DNA from: Antedon mediterranea
Taxonomy: Eukaryota > Animalia > Echinodermata
DNA: 64,000 nt
Assembly (NCBI RefSeq): GCF_964355755.1
Contig: NC_092678.1
Coordinates: 23,887,365-23,951,364 of the forward strand
Direction of reading: 5' to 3'
The position numbers were made by a program, and so were the translations under genes. The notes beneath the pieces are model-generated. The model saw only the letters and a list, made by a program, of their open reading frames with translations, was not told the origin of the DNA and made no database searches. The stretch's first letter is position 1, and each line of letters opens with the position of its first letter. Shown in pieces: positions 1 to 11,749 of the stretch.

Positions 1-880
1 TGTAGACAAGGCCAATTGCTGAGATCTAAAAAATGGTTCCGATATGAATTAAGTGTTTAGTCTCGATTCTTGTGAAATTAGTATATTATTATTACCAGAG
101 CATGACTGGTTCTTTTGTGTACTATTGATATGATCACAAAATAACATTCCGGAGAGCTAGGTACCTGCACACGTATACAATTAATATAGGCATACCATAC
201 TTATAAAAATGAGAATATGTATTTTAACCCACTCTTCTCATAGGGCTATAGCATGTACTTCTACCAAATGTATCACAGCCTTTTGTTTAAGTTGATAGTA
301 ATAATCATATTTTATTTACAAATCCTGGGAGTCTCAGCCAATCGGTAATCTCTGAAGTTTAGAAATCGATCGGTCATGTGACATTTGTGGTGACGTCACC
401 AGTCACACCCATAATATTATTAAACTGGATTAGGTCTTATTTTTATTCGCTGTGTATTTAAACCGAAGATATTACCTTACGAAAGTATAATACATACTCG
501 TGAAATTATTCAATATTTTGACATAACATTAAGCATCGAAATGAAGATGATCAGTTTTATATTTAATACTGAATCATACAATTGCGTTTATTGATAAAAT
601 ACTAGAAATTGTGCCTGTATCCGAACCAGAATACGATAAAATGGTCCAAGAACTTAATAAATAACTTACCTTTTGATAAGATTAGTGTTTTGATGTTGTT
701 GTAGACAGGCGCAAATGCTCCCAGGTCTAAGTTGAAACAAGATGGTTCGGATATGGAAGTGTTTAGTTCTGGTTTCTGTGACGGTGGTGTATTTGTATAG
801 GATTAGCATGATTGGTTCTTTTATGTACAGTCTATTGATAAGAACACAACATATGCCTTACACGGAAACGTTACAAATTA
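1..880 (-). repeat. TRIM upstream module (putative promoter, non-coding exon 1 and intron 1), implying a further TRIM copy left of the window
   Basis: Homologous to 9150-9598 + 11750-11990, 15480-16060 and 17185-18050. Contains GTCATGTGAC (373-382), TGACGTCA (391-398) and a minus-strand donor AAG/GTAAGT at 669. Confidence 0.75.
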
Positions 881-3187
881 TCGGCATACATTTGTGCTGA
901 AATTATTAATTAAGGACTATTAAGCTTGACTAGAATCTAGACAATTTAAATGTACCAAAGAACCGTCTGAACCCTCTATTATTTTATATCAAAATATTCG
1001 TTTCAGGCGGGGCGGATCCAAGGATAGCGATTGTTTCTTGCGCTACTTATCTTTACTGGACTAGCAAAATCTAATTAATCAGATTGTTGAAAGTTTGAAA
1101 TGTATTGTTGACATTAACGGGTGACAGAGAACTTCTAGGTTTCGATTGCTGCTTCCTTCCTTTTTAAAGACCACCAAACAAGTATTTCAGATTGTTTTCT
1201 CATTTCAAAATGTTACTTCATCCTTAATCCTGAACATCTAAATATTCTGAAGCTTTTGAATTTTAATTATTGTTATAATCAACAACTCTAGTATTAAATA
1301 TATATTTTAAATCAGTTTTAAATCAGTGTTAATATTGTATTTTGTCGTCAGTTTGTCGGAATATTTGTTTCCTTTATTGGTTTATTTTATCGTTCAACCT
1401 GGTAATTTAGATTTAGAATTATTAACAAGTTTTCATATTTAATTTAAGATATTTCATATTCCATTAATAATTGAAAGTTGTGTTTGGCATCATCACACTC
1501 ACAATTTCAACAAAATTGTTTTGTAGTTCCTTTCTATATTGTATGGTATTAATGTTGGGATACATCTCACCAATCATATGTGTTAATTTCAACTCAAGTT
1601 GAAGCTATGGTAGGCTAGACCGAGCATGCTGAGTTTGTAGACAGGGAATGTTGTACATCCTAAAATACTAATATTATAAAAACTAGTAGATACTACAAAT
1701 CTGGTTGATGTTCAGCAATACACCATAATGAATATACACATTAATAAACACAAACAGTAGGATTAGTGAAATGCATCAACTTTTAATTCAAGAAAAATGA
1801 GAAAAACATTGTACAAATTTATTCTTACTAATCACGTATAGATATATATTTACTAGATTTAGACTAAAACACAAAACAGTTGAACTAATTAAATAATATG
1901 TAAATTATATTTCTACTCTAGATGGAAACACAAATTGTCTAAACTTAAGTCTACTAATTAGCAAAATAAACCAAAATACGGTTGAACTATTTAAATAATT
2001 TGTAATTCTACTCTAGTAAATAATTAAAACTAAATATAATGCAACGATTGAAGAAGTTACTTATAGTAATTAATGTAATATTGATATGACTTTATATAAA
2101 CGAATTCAAATATGGCTGAACAATACATGCAAAATGCAAATATGTTATTATACCGTATTATATTGCTGTTATTCGTCATTACATAATAAACCTGTTAGTT
2201 AACGTTAGATAATAGTTCCACAGCATTCAAGTGAAAATATAATGTACCGCTACCAAATTCCCAGACTTTTTCAAGCCAGCACACTTACAGTAGGTTCTTA
2301 TAATATCAGCTTTCATGACGTGATGTCATATTGGGCAATATGCATATGAGTAATGCAGTATTTTATTCATTTTATTACAAAAATATAGAAATAATTGCTA
2401 TTCAAGAACTTAGCAAGCTTGACCTACATGGAAAGGATCTTAGATTGTTTCAAAATTTGTACTGGAAACAGACTGCATGCATGAGGGTAGATGGGGAGTG
2501 CAGTGACTACACAAGTATTGGAAGAGGAGTGAGACAGGGCTGTGTAATGTCACCAGACTTGTTTAACTACTATAGCGAGTTGATCTTGAGGGAGCTAGAT
2601 AATGAGAAGGGTTTGAGAATTTGTGGTAGAAATATTACAAACATCAGATATGCAGATGACACAGTTCTACTGGCAGAGTCAGCTGAAGATCTCCAAAGGT
2701 TGCTGGATGTGGTTGTAGTAGAGAGCGAAAAGATGGGTCTGTCTATAAATTGTAGTAAGACAGAGTGTTTAGTAGTGTCAAAAAAGGAGAGTCCAACGTG
2801 TAACCTTCAAGCAGGAGACCAGTTAATTCAGCAGGTGTCCTCTTTTAACTATCTTGGGAGCAAAATAACAGATGATGCCAGGTGTGTAACGGAGATAAAG
2901 AGAAGGATAGTCCTTGCGAAATCCGCATTTGGAGAAATGGAGAATATCTTGAAGAACTGTGCGATGAGTATGGAAACCAGGTTGCGTGTATTAAACTGCT
3001 ACATCTATCCTGTGCTGATGTATGGAAGTGAAGCCTGGTCAATCACAACTGACCTCAGAAAAAGATTGGAAAGCTGTGAGATGTGGTTTCTAAGGAGAAT
3101 GATGAGAATTCCATGGACAGATAGAGTTAGTAATGAAGATGTATTGATAAGAGCTGGAGTATGCAGGAAACTACTGAAGGATATTAG

Positions 3188-3649
3188 TGTAACACTCTGA
3201 CCATCAGGTCAACAACCCTTTTTTCACTATTTCTCCCTACTCCATCTATTAACATTCCTAGTGGTTTCTTCCTATCCCAGGTACTCTTTGTTCACTCTCC
3301 TATAACCCACATCCTTAATCAATTACTGTTTCCTCATCATCATGGAATGTTCCCTTTACTAAATAGTCCCCTCCCAGTACATGCATATTAATTAGGACCG
3401 TTCCTTAAATATGAATGTATACTGGTAAGAGAAGAGAAGGAAAAGAGCTTGGTAGAATAAAACATTTATAATAGAGAGAAGAAAAGGTATGTAATATAGC
3501 CAGAACAGACTGTATTACATTGCATATTTAAATAAAGCTGTATCTGACCATAAACCATATTTGCTGTTGGTACATTTTGTGACTGTGTGAAATCCTGCCA
3601 CTGAGAATATATGGTATAGTAACGGATACACTAAAATACCACCGTTACA
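3188..3649 (+). repeat. 5' LTR (462 bp)
   Basis: TG...CA termini with a 6-bp inverted repeat. Differs from the 3' LTR by about 3 substitutions and 1 indel seen by eye. Confidence 0.95.
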
Positions 3650-3651
3650 AC

Positions 3652-3664
3652 TGGTTCCCACACC
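3652..3664 (+). promoter_or_regulatory. Primer binding site, complementary to the 3' end of tRNA-Glu(UUC)
   Basis: TGGTTCCCACACC lies 2 nt after the 5' LTR. It is the reverse complement of ...GGUGUGGGAACCA, the recalled 3' end of animal tRNA-Glu(UUC). Confidence 0.75.
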
Positions 3665-4301
3665 AATTTGGACCCACAGAAGCAGAAAAAAGAAGAAAAA
3701 AAAAAAAACAAGAAGATGGATCAGATTTGGAGTTTGCAGAGTTTGTGGAGCAGCAGATGCTGATGGATGAATGAACACAGACAAAGAAGAGCAAAAGAAG
3801 AAGAAAAGAAGATTATTGGATGAAACAATTGCAGGACCAACCCCAGAAATAGAAAACGGAAGACAGAAGAAAAAAACACCGAGGCAAAGAGACGAAGAAC
3901 GAAGACCGAAAAGAAGTTGATTTTTTACTATTGATCATTAACTGTTTTTGCGACCTTTTGTTTAACTTTCTTTTGACATTTTTTATTTTGAACGCTTTAT
4001 ACGAACTTTGATACGTATAAAATTTGTTTAATACGTTTGAGTCGCAGATGGAACTTTTTATAAACATTTTGTTTGTGGATGGCTTGGCTGATTTATTTTT
4101 AAACATTATTTTGGATAGCCCATAGTATATTCAACTTGATTTGAACACAATATTAACGAACGAAGTGGTAAGTGATCCATCATTTCTAGTTCTTTTCTAT
4201 AACCTCCTCTTTCTTCGGGTGATATAATATAGGTATAGATATAATAATATTGTAACATGTTTTTACGTTCGGGAAATACGGCTGTTAATACCCCAATTTC
4301 C

Positions 4302-4773
4302 ACACACTAGCCCTTTCTTTCTAGTCCATGGACGAAATGTCCGCTTACCCCAACATATCCCCTCAGTTGGTGAAACCCCTATAGCTCATCACTCGCAGTC
4401 GGTATATGTTGACGATCTCACTAAGCGAATACAAGATGCACACCAAATGGCCCTAGACAATACTTTACGACAAAAGGAAAGGCAGAAATTTACATATGAT
4501 TTAGCCGCACGTTTTACCCCTTACAATGTTGGCGACAAAGTTTGGCTAGATGACCCAGCAAATTCTAGAAAGAAGTTAACACCGAATTGGATTGGACCCT
4601 ACCTCATAACTAAAGTAGATGAGGGAGGCAGAACGTATCTACTCCAAAATTCCAACACCCTTAAACCCCTATCCCGACGCATACATCACGACAGACTGAA
4701 ACCCTTTGTCGAACAATCCGTCAGAACAAGGTATGGCCGAAAAATTAACCCTCCTGCTAGATATGACATTTAA
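4302..4773 (+). pseudogene. Gypsy integrase C-terminal fragment (GPY/F module)
   Basis: Frame reads SPFFLVHGRNVRLP...YNVGDKVWL...KKLTPNWIGPYLIT...IHHDRLKPF. No gag, protease or RT is present. Confidence 0.85.
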
Positions 4774-6022
4774 TTCAACATGATCGACTTGTCATTCTGT
4801 TGTTTTTAAAGTTTTTACTTTAATTTGCAATTTCCTTAATAGGCTTAAAATTTAAGTTTGTGAAGAAGTTTGTTTTCAAATATTTTTTTCCGTTAAATTG
4901 ATTTTTTTTAAACCTCATTGTAAATATCATAAAATAGTATTACAGTAGTACATTTAGTTGTTTAGATTGTATAACCTTGTTTACCAGATTTACTCACTGC
5001 CGAGAACAGAGTAAATGTGAGAGGTTTACTTGTTCAATGCCGATCATTAATTCTATTCTTTTTTTATTTACTCCGACTACTGTATGTGTTAAGCAATCAC
5101 TTTTTCTTGAGTTTAATATTATTTTGTCTTTTACTTTGTGATTTATGTTATGGTGTCTTGATTAGATTATACACTTCATTGTGTTCTGATCATCATGCAG
5201 ACTATTGGCACTCGATTAAGTTCCATTTAGTGTCGTTCCTGAACATGATATATATTTATCTAAGGATTAAATGACCTGCGACCAGGCAAATTCGAATAGC
5301 CACATCGATAGTCAAAATTTGTGATTGTTCTTGTCACGTTAGATTTATTATCCATAGAACTGTTTATTCCGACATTAGATCGTACCTGATCTTAACTTTC
5401 GCGATTATGGGTTTTAAACAACCGGCGACGAATGGAAATAAACGTTTTGGATTTTATTAATTACATGTATGTTTTGTTCTATATTTGGTAATTTTTTCCT
5501 CTTGTTAAAATTTGTTTGCTTAATTATTACATGTGTACTAACTCCGCCGTACTTACCGACAACGTTATACAAATATTTGAAAACATGTTACGATGTATAC
5601 TATATCACCATTCTTTTTACTCTCCTTCAGTTATGTTTTTCAATCTATACTTTCTATTCTCAATGATGGTTCACTTTTGCATAAACTTATTTTAATTAAT
5701 TGCATGTTTTAAAACTTATAATATTTTATATTTTGTTATATTCCGTATACTTACGTAATATATTGCATGTGATGACGAATTTTCATTACTTGTTTATTTT
5801 TAATTACTAGTAGCAGTAGTAATGTATTATCATCATTATATTTTGATTTTGGAATGATAGTTCATTCCCTTTACTTGATATTACTTGATTTTGTTTCTTA
5901 AATTTAATTAGCATACAGTTTTAATTTCAGCATTTACTTAATTACTTAATTTCTTTTATATTACAATTATCTTTTATTTTAAATATACGAAGTGGGACAC
6001 TTCTTTGGTAGAGAGGGAATAA

Positions 6023-6485
6023 TGTAACACTCTGACCATCAGGTCAACAACCCTTTTTTCACTATTTCTCCCTACTCCATCTATTAATATTCCTAGTGGT
6101 TTCTTCCTATCCCTAGGTAATCTTTGTTCACTCTCCTATAACCCACATCCTTAATCAATTACTGTTTCCTCATCATCATGGAATGTTCCCTTTACTAAAT
6201 AGTCCCCTCCCAGTACATGCATATTAATTAGGACCGTTCCTTAAATATGAATGTATACTGGTAAGAGAAGAGAAGGAAAAGAGCTTGGTAGAATAAAACA
6301 TTTATAATAGAGAGAAGAAAAGGTATGTAATATAGCCAGAACAGACTGTATTACATTGCATATTTAAATAAAGCTGTATCTGACCATAAACCATATTTGC
6401 TGTTGGTACATTTTGTGACTGTGTGAAATCCTGCCACTGAGACTATATGGTATAGTAACGGATACACTAAAATACCACCGTTACA
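6023..6485 (+). repeat. 3' LTR (463 bp)
   Basis: Direct repeat of 3188-3649, preceded by purine tract GGTAGAGAGGGAATAA. Confidence 0.95.
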
Positions 6486-6881
6486 TTAGGATTAGACAGA
6501 TGAGATTCATGGGACATGTGTTGAGGAAGGGAGGTCTGGAGAACTTGGCATTAACGGGGAAAATAGAAGGAAGAAGGAGCAGGGGGAGGAAAAGAGTCAC
6601 TTGGTTGGCCAGCATAGCTGAATGGATTCGGAATAGAGGCGAGAATACCAAAGAAGTGGAGTTGCTGAATATGGCAATAGACAGAGAATTGTGGCACAAC
6701 ATGATCGCCAAAGTCTCATGATATGGCACTTCGAGAGAGAGAGAAATAATTAAAATGATTATTTTTATATTTATGCTTAAGATCACTACAACAAGTTTAA
6801 GTAAAACAACAATTATTAAAAACATTTCTATTTTTCTGTTGTACGGTTAATAATGTGTTGTTAAGCTTATTTAACTATTAA

Positions 6882-9055
6882 TTAATAATTAAATACTTTT
6901 ACTGTTTTATCACCATTATTAGTCACTGCTACTCTACGTGGATTATGTGACAAAATGGATAAACCATAAGGACAGATGATTCCATCTTCTTTTTTATCAA
7001 TCCTTTTGATAAACTTTCCACTATTACTAAATAGCTGTAGTTTGTGTTTACTTGATACTATGATATTGTCATCACCATCAACTACTAATCCTCCTGGGTA
7101 CGTCACCTTACCATCTTCAGCACCCTCATTGACCAGAACTTTGATAAAGTTTCCCTTATTATCAAATAGTTTTAAGCAATGTTGGTAATGGTACACTACA
7201 ACAATATATCCTTGTCTTGTAAGGGCGACATCAATGATATTTACAAATTCAAAACCTTTAACATCACATCTTGTTATTCTCCTAATGAGCTTGCTACTCT
7301 CAATGCTAAACATGGCTACATTGTAGTTATTAGCTACATACATGACACGTGATGCTTCATCCACATGGATACCCCATGGATATGTCAACACTCGCTTACC
7401 AAATGATTTAACCACTTCACCATTGATAGTGCATAATGTGATGCATTTATTACCACGATCACTGAATGCTATATTATCATTGTTCAATGTGTACATTCTG
7501 TTTACTTTCACATCTTCTGATAGTGTAACCTTACAGATGTTTTCACCTGATTGCTTGTATTTGTGAATGACATTGTCTTGACATGAAACAAGCAAGCAAT
7601 CTTCTCCATATTTAACAACATGTTGAACGTCTTTAACATTATCTATTTTTATAGTCTTTAATAGTCCTTCTTTCTCTACTTTGATAATCATTGGTGACTT
7701 CTTAATGTGTTCACCATCAACTCTAACATCAACCTTGCAAATCCCTGCACTTGTACATCTACCTATCACAGTATAGTCACCATTGATGTCTTCTTCTACT
7801 TCAGGGATGATAGTTTCTCCTGTTGGTTGTGTCAATGTAGCTTTTATGTCATTTGCATTTATTTCACATTCATCAGTTTTAATTATTTTAACATCAATCG
7901 TTTGTCCTGTCGTCGTGCTCTCAGCTCCTTTTAATTCTAAATAGCCTGTCCTTGAGTCTGTAATAATTCCAATGTCATCGTGCAATAAAACAATTTGTTG
8001 ATTGTTTTTAACAAAGTTAATCTCTGCATGAACATCCGATTTTGTTTTAGGCACTGCCTTGATCCTATCATCCAACACTCTAATGACGTCATTACCGGAT
8101 AACATTGCTGTTGCTTCGTTGCCCTTCTGTAGGTGATGCAGCAAATTGATGTTTGTGTTTATATACGATACAGTCGTTGTCACATCCTCTATTTCAGCAT
8201 CAGTTGCCTTCCTCTTTATTTTGTACGGTACATTGCCTCCACTTCACATTTTAATTTGTCTCCACTTTCTTTTATTCTTGTTACCAATTCCTCTACATGA
8301 TTTTCAATTCCTCTCAAACTCTGTTCCCTCTTTTCATCTAGTTTCTTAACACGATCTGTCATTGCTTTAAGATCATCATTTAATTTATCTGTACATTGGT
8401 TAGCCACTTTTTCAAGTTCCGATGACGTTTCTTTAAATGTGTTAAACGCGTCTGTTATGCTGATGGTCATATGTTTTTCCTTTCCTTCCCATTCCTTGTG
8501 GTCCATGATTGAACAACATATACAAATGGCAACATTGCATATTTTACAAAACACAGTTAAAGGTTCCTTTTTGTGAATAGGACACAGAGGCGGGTGCATG
8601 GCATTGATTTCACTGACACTCATAGATTTAACTTCTTCCACTGAATGCAACTTGTGAGTTTCAAAAAGTCTGTAGTTCTTATGATGATCACTACAATCGT
8701 GGCAAAGATATTCTCTGCAATCCTGACAGTAGGTTTTAACATGATTTTCCTTTCCACAAATACATTTTACCTGATCTGTATTTGTAAATTGTTCAATAGT
8801 TTCTAATAGATTATTTAGGAATGTGTTGGGTGGTAACTTTTTTAGACCGCCCTCTGGAATCTGATAAGATTTGGAGCAAGTTGGACAGGTTTCTTTCTTA
8901 TTTTTTTCCAACCAGTTGTCAAGACAACCTAAACAGAAGCTGTGAAGACAAGTTAAGGTTCTGGGTTCGTTGAGTCTATTTAAGCATATTTGACACTCTA
9001 GAACCTTATCATCGATATCTTCTAGAAATTTAGTCAAATCACCACTGGTAGCCAT
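6882..9055 (-). pseudogene. TRIM-NHL copy 1 (RING-Bbox-Bbox-CC-filamin-NHL), frameshifted
   Basis: ORFs 8216-9076 (C3HC4 RING, two B-boxes; ATG at 9055) and 6882-8183 (filamin + NHL) are colinear with the intact copy. A 5-bp insertion near 8227-8231 breaks the frame. Confidence 0.9.
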
Positions 9056-9598
9056 CTTGAATCGATCTGTGAACAATTGATAATTACTTAAATGGTTATT
9101 TTCCTTTTAATACATTCACAGAATTCATAATCTTTCATTTGTTCGTGCTCAAATAACACTAGGGAGTTAGTTACCTGGACAAGTATAAAATGAGATATAC
9201 CATACTTTTTAAAATAAGAAAAGGTATTTGCTGTAACCCACTCTTCTCATAGAGGGTTATAGCATGGACAAAAATGTATTACCTTTTGGTTCAGTTGATA
9301 GTAATAATTATAGTTGATTTACAGATGTTGGGGAGAGCCCCTGGCAACCGGTATACTCTGGAATTAGTTTATAAATCGATCAGTCATGTGACATGTGTCG
9401 TGACGTCACCACCTGTGGATTGGTTCAAATTTTTGCGCTGTGTATTCAAACCGAAGATATGCAGTTAACTGTAATGCATACTAGTGTGATTATTCAATAT
9501 TTTAAAATAGAATTACATTGAAAATTAAGATGATCTGTTTTTGTTTAGTATCGATTATGTTTAACTGTGCACTTATCCAACCCATGAAATACGACACA

Positions 9599-11749
9599 CA
9601 GGGCCGTAGCCAGGATCTGTCAAAGGGGTTTTCGCGAATTTTGTGAAATGACACCCCTTGATGGCCGGAAATGGTACTCTCGCACTTAACACTCATGATA
9701 AATGGCACCTCTAATTGGTTGGAAAAAACACTCTCATGCAGCATGCTACCAATAAGCAAAACGATCGTACTTTTTTCCTCCTCCTCACACACGTGGACTA
9801 TTTAAAGGACGATAACATTTGTTTCCATATGTTAGGAACCGCCGCCGATTGTTTGATCATTCACTCGGTATTTTGCATTCAAGTTACAATGCGAACGTAT
9901 AGGAAAGCCCCGAAAAAAGCACACTTTGGGTGAGAAGGCAAATTCAATGCTTATTATAGGTCTATCTATATTTATTTACAGCAATTTGTTGAGGAAACTA
10001 TAAATATATCAATGTAAATAGGTGGTATTGATATAGTGAGTAGGCCACGTATCGGCTGGTGGTCTAGAAAAAAATAATAGAATGCTATAATGTAAACTAC
10101 AGTACATGATACCATAGATATTATAGTGTATTATATTAACTAGATGGTACGCTCGCTTCGCTCGCGTACCATCTAGGTCGTACCCACAGATGGTTCTCGA
10201 ATACACAGTAATTTCAGCGTAACAAAACTGGTGATTTCAAATGTACGTACCGCAGGACTATAATACATTGTCGTTTACAGAAACGAATAAATAGACACGA
10301 TGATTTATGTAGTCAACTAAAATTAGCACCCCGGGAATTACTTCCGAAGGAGAAACTTATCACAAAATGAGTCCAAATTTTTGATTTGGACTCATTTAAA
10401 GAAACCCAATTTGTTGTGTTGAGGGATGGGAAAGCGGATAGGTACAAAGAAGAACACTTTTTAAAACCACTACGACGTTTATATTTTTGGTAATTATTAA
10501 TTAATACAAACGTTGAGAAGGAACTGTCAGTATAAAGTTTATTTGTATATAATAATGTGTTTTTATATCTAACAGTAGAGCCTATCCACAATCTCAGTAA
10601 TAAAGTATATTTGTATATATTTTTATATTACATTTAACAGTACGAACATTCACAGTTAGAAATGTTATTCGATTTAAATGTTGACCAACAATAGTTAATA
10701 ATAGGTATTTACAGTATTGTCGAAGTATTGCAAGTTTATTCTCAAAGGGCCCATATATTTACCTACCGTATGTGTTAAACCAAATCTATCAAAATAGTAT
10801 TTTTTTAAGAAAATCGGCCTGTCTTCAACATTATGATGCTGTACTCTAGCTGTTCAAACAGTTTTCAGCTATTAAAAACAATCATCGTAGGAGGAGATAG
10901 GAAAATGCGAAGCCTCCTCGCATTTTTGTGGCGGGTATTTTTCAAGATTGACATCCATTAGACAGTGTATACCACGATCGGAAAACACCCCTATTTGGGG
11001 CAAATCGTTGAACCTAAATTCGTTTTAATCGTCAATAACTAATTATCTAACTTAATTTAATTAGTAAACAGGGTTAAATCAGGTGGTTAAAATCAGTACC
11101 GAAAGTACGAACCAACTTTATATACCATCGAGTAAAAATTCTAGAAGTAAGGCGCGATTTACCGAATTTTGCCCTTACGTAAATGTATATATAGATATTC
11201 ACTAAATCCTCTATGATGATGATACACTGTACTTAGCCACACATAAATATTGTAGGTATAGTAACCGCAGCGTTACATTTTTTGATGTACGTCGGAAGGC
11301 TATTATACTTTATGCGTGGTCTGCCAGTGACCTACAATATAAAGCACTCTGGTTGCCTGGCGGTGTCCTTTGTATTATTCGTTCGTCGTGCCCAAGCTCA
11401 CGATACACGCGTCAATATCATGTTATATCCTAAGACCAAAAATTCGTATTATTTTTAATGTGAAAATCGGCAACCAATTCATTTGTAACTCTTAGAAATT
11501 AGTATCGCTAGACGTACGCTCGCTCATACAAGGAAGAAGGTGGTATAGTATGAGTTATTCACGAACGAGTTTACGAATTGTTCAACTTTACGAATAACCT
11601 TTTGTACTGTGGGGCACGTATTTGGAGGATTTTCAGAGATGAGGGTGAGGTATTGGGCATGTCGGGGATGGGGGTTCGCAGTCGGTTAAGGGGGGTTCGC
11701 TGTAAAGGGGGGTTCGCCCGAACCATAAAACCCCCTGGCTACGGGCCTG
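9599..11749 (+). mobile_element. Non-autonomous hAT-like TIR DNA transposon, in the putative intron 1 of TRIM copy 1
   Basis: 16-bp TIRs CAGGGCCGTAGCCAGG / CCTGGCTACGGGCCTG. It interrupts a module that is continuous in the paralogous copy near 17805. A second family member lies at 29157-31507. Confidence 0.85.
10140..11195 (-). mobile_element. Non-autonomous Helitron nested in the hAT-like element
   Basis: Minus strand starts TCTATATAT and ends in a GC-rich hairpin plus CTAG. It is inserted between A and T with no TSD and is absent from the sister element (~29635-29645). Confidence 0.85.

Larger units (their letters stand above)
3188..6485 (+). mobile_element. Non-autonomous Ty3/Gypsy-type LTR retroelement (3.3 kb)
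   Basis: Near-identical LTRs at 3188-3649 and 6023-6485 (TGTAAC...GTTACA), 4-bp TSD TTAG (3184-3187, 6486-6489), PBS at 3652-3664 and polypurine tract at ~6007-6022. The only coding remnant is an integrase C-terminus. Confidence 0.95.
2397..6741 (+). mobile_element. 5'-truncated RTE-type non-LTR retrotransposon (LINE), split into 2397-3187 and 6490-6741 by an LTR element
   Basis: ORF 2331-3200 has RT motifs (GVRQGCVMSP, RYADD, FNYLGS, MYGSEAW). Removing the LTR element and one TTAG restores the frame (...LLKDIRIRQMRFMGHVLRKGGLENLALTGKIEGRRSRGRKR..., stop 6719-6721). It ends in a (GA)n tail. Candidate TSD AGAAATAATT at 2387-2396 and 6742-6751. Confidence 0.9.

Noticed and set aside
2331-2396. 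N-terminus of the 289-aa RT ORF as a real start
   Set aside because: This part is host flank upstream of the LINE truncation point and TSD.
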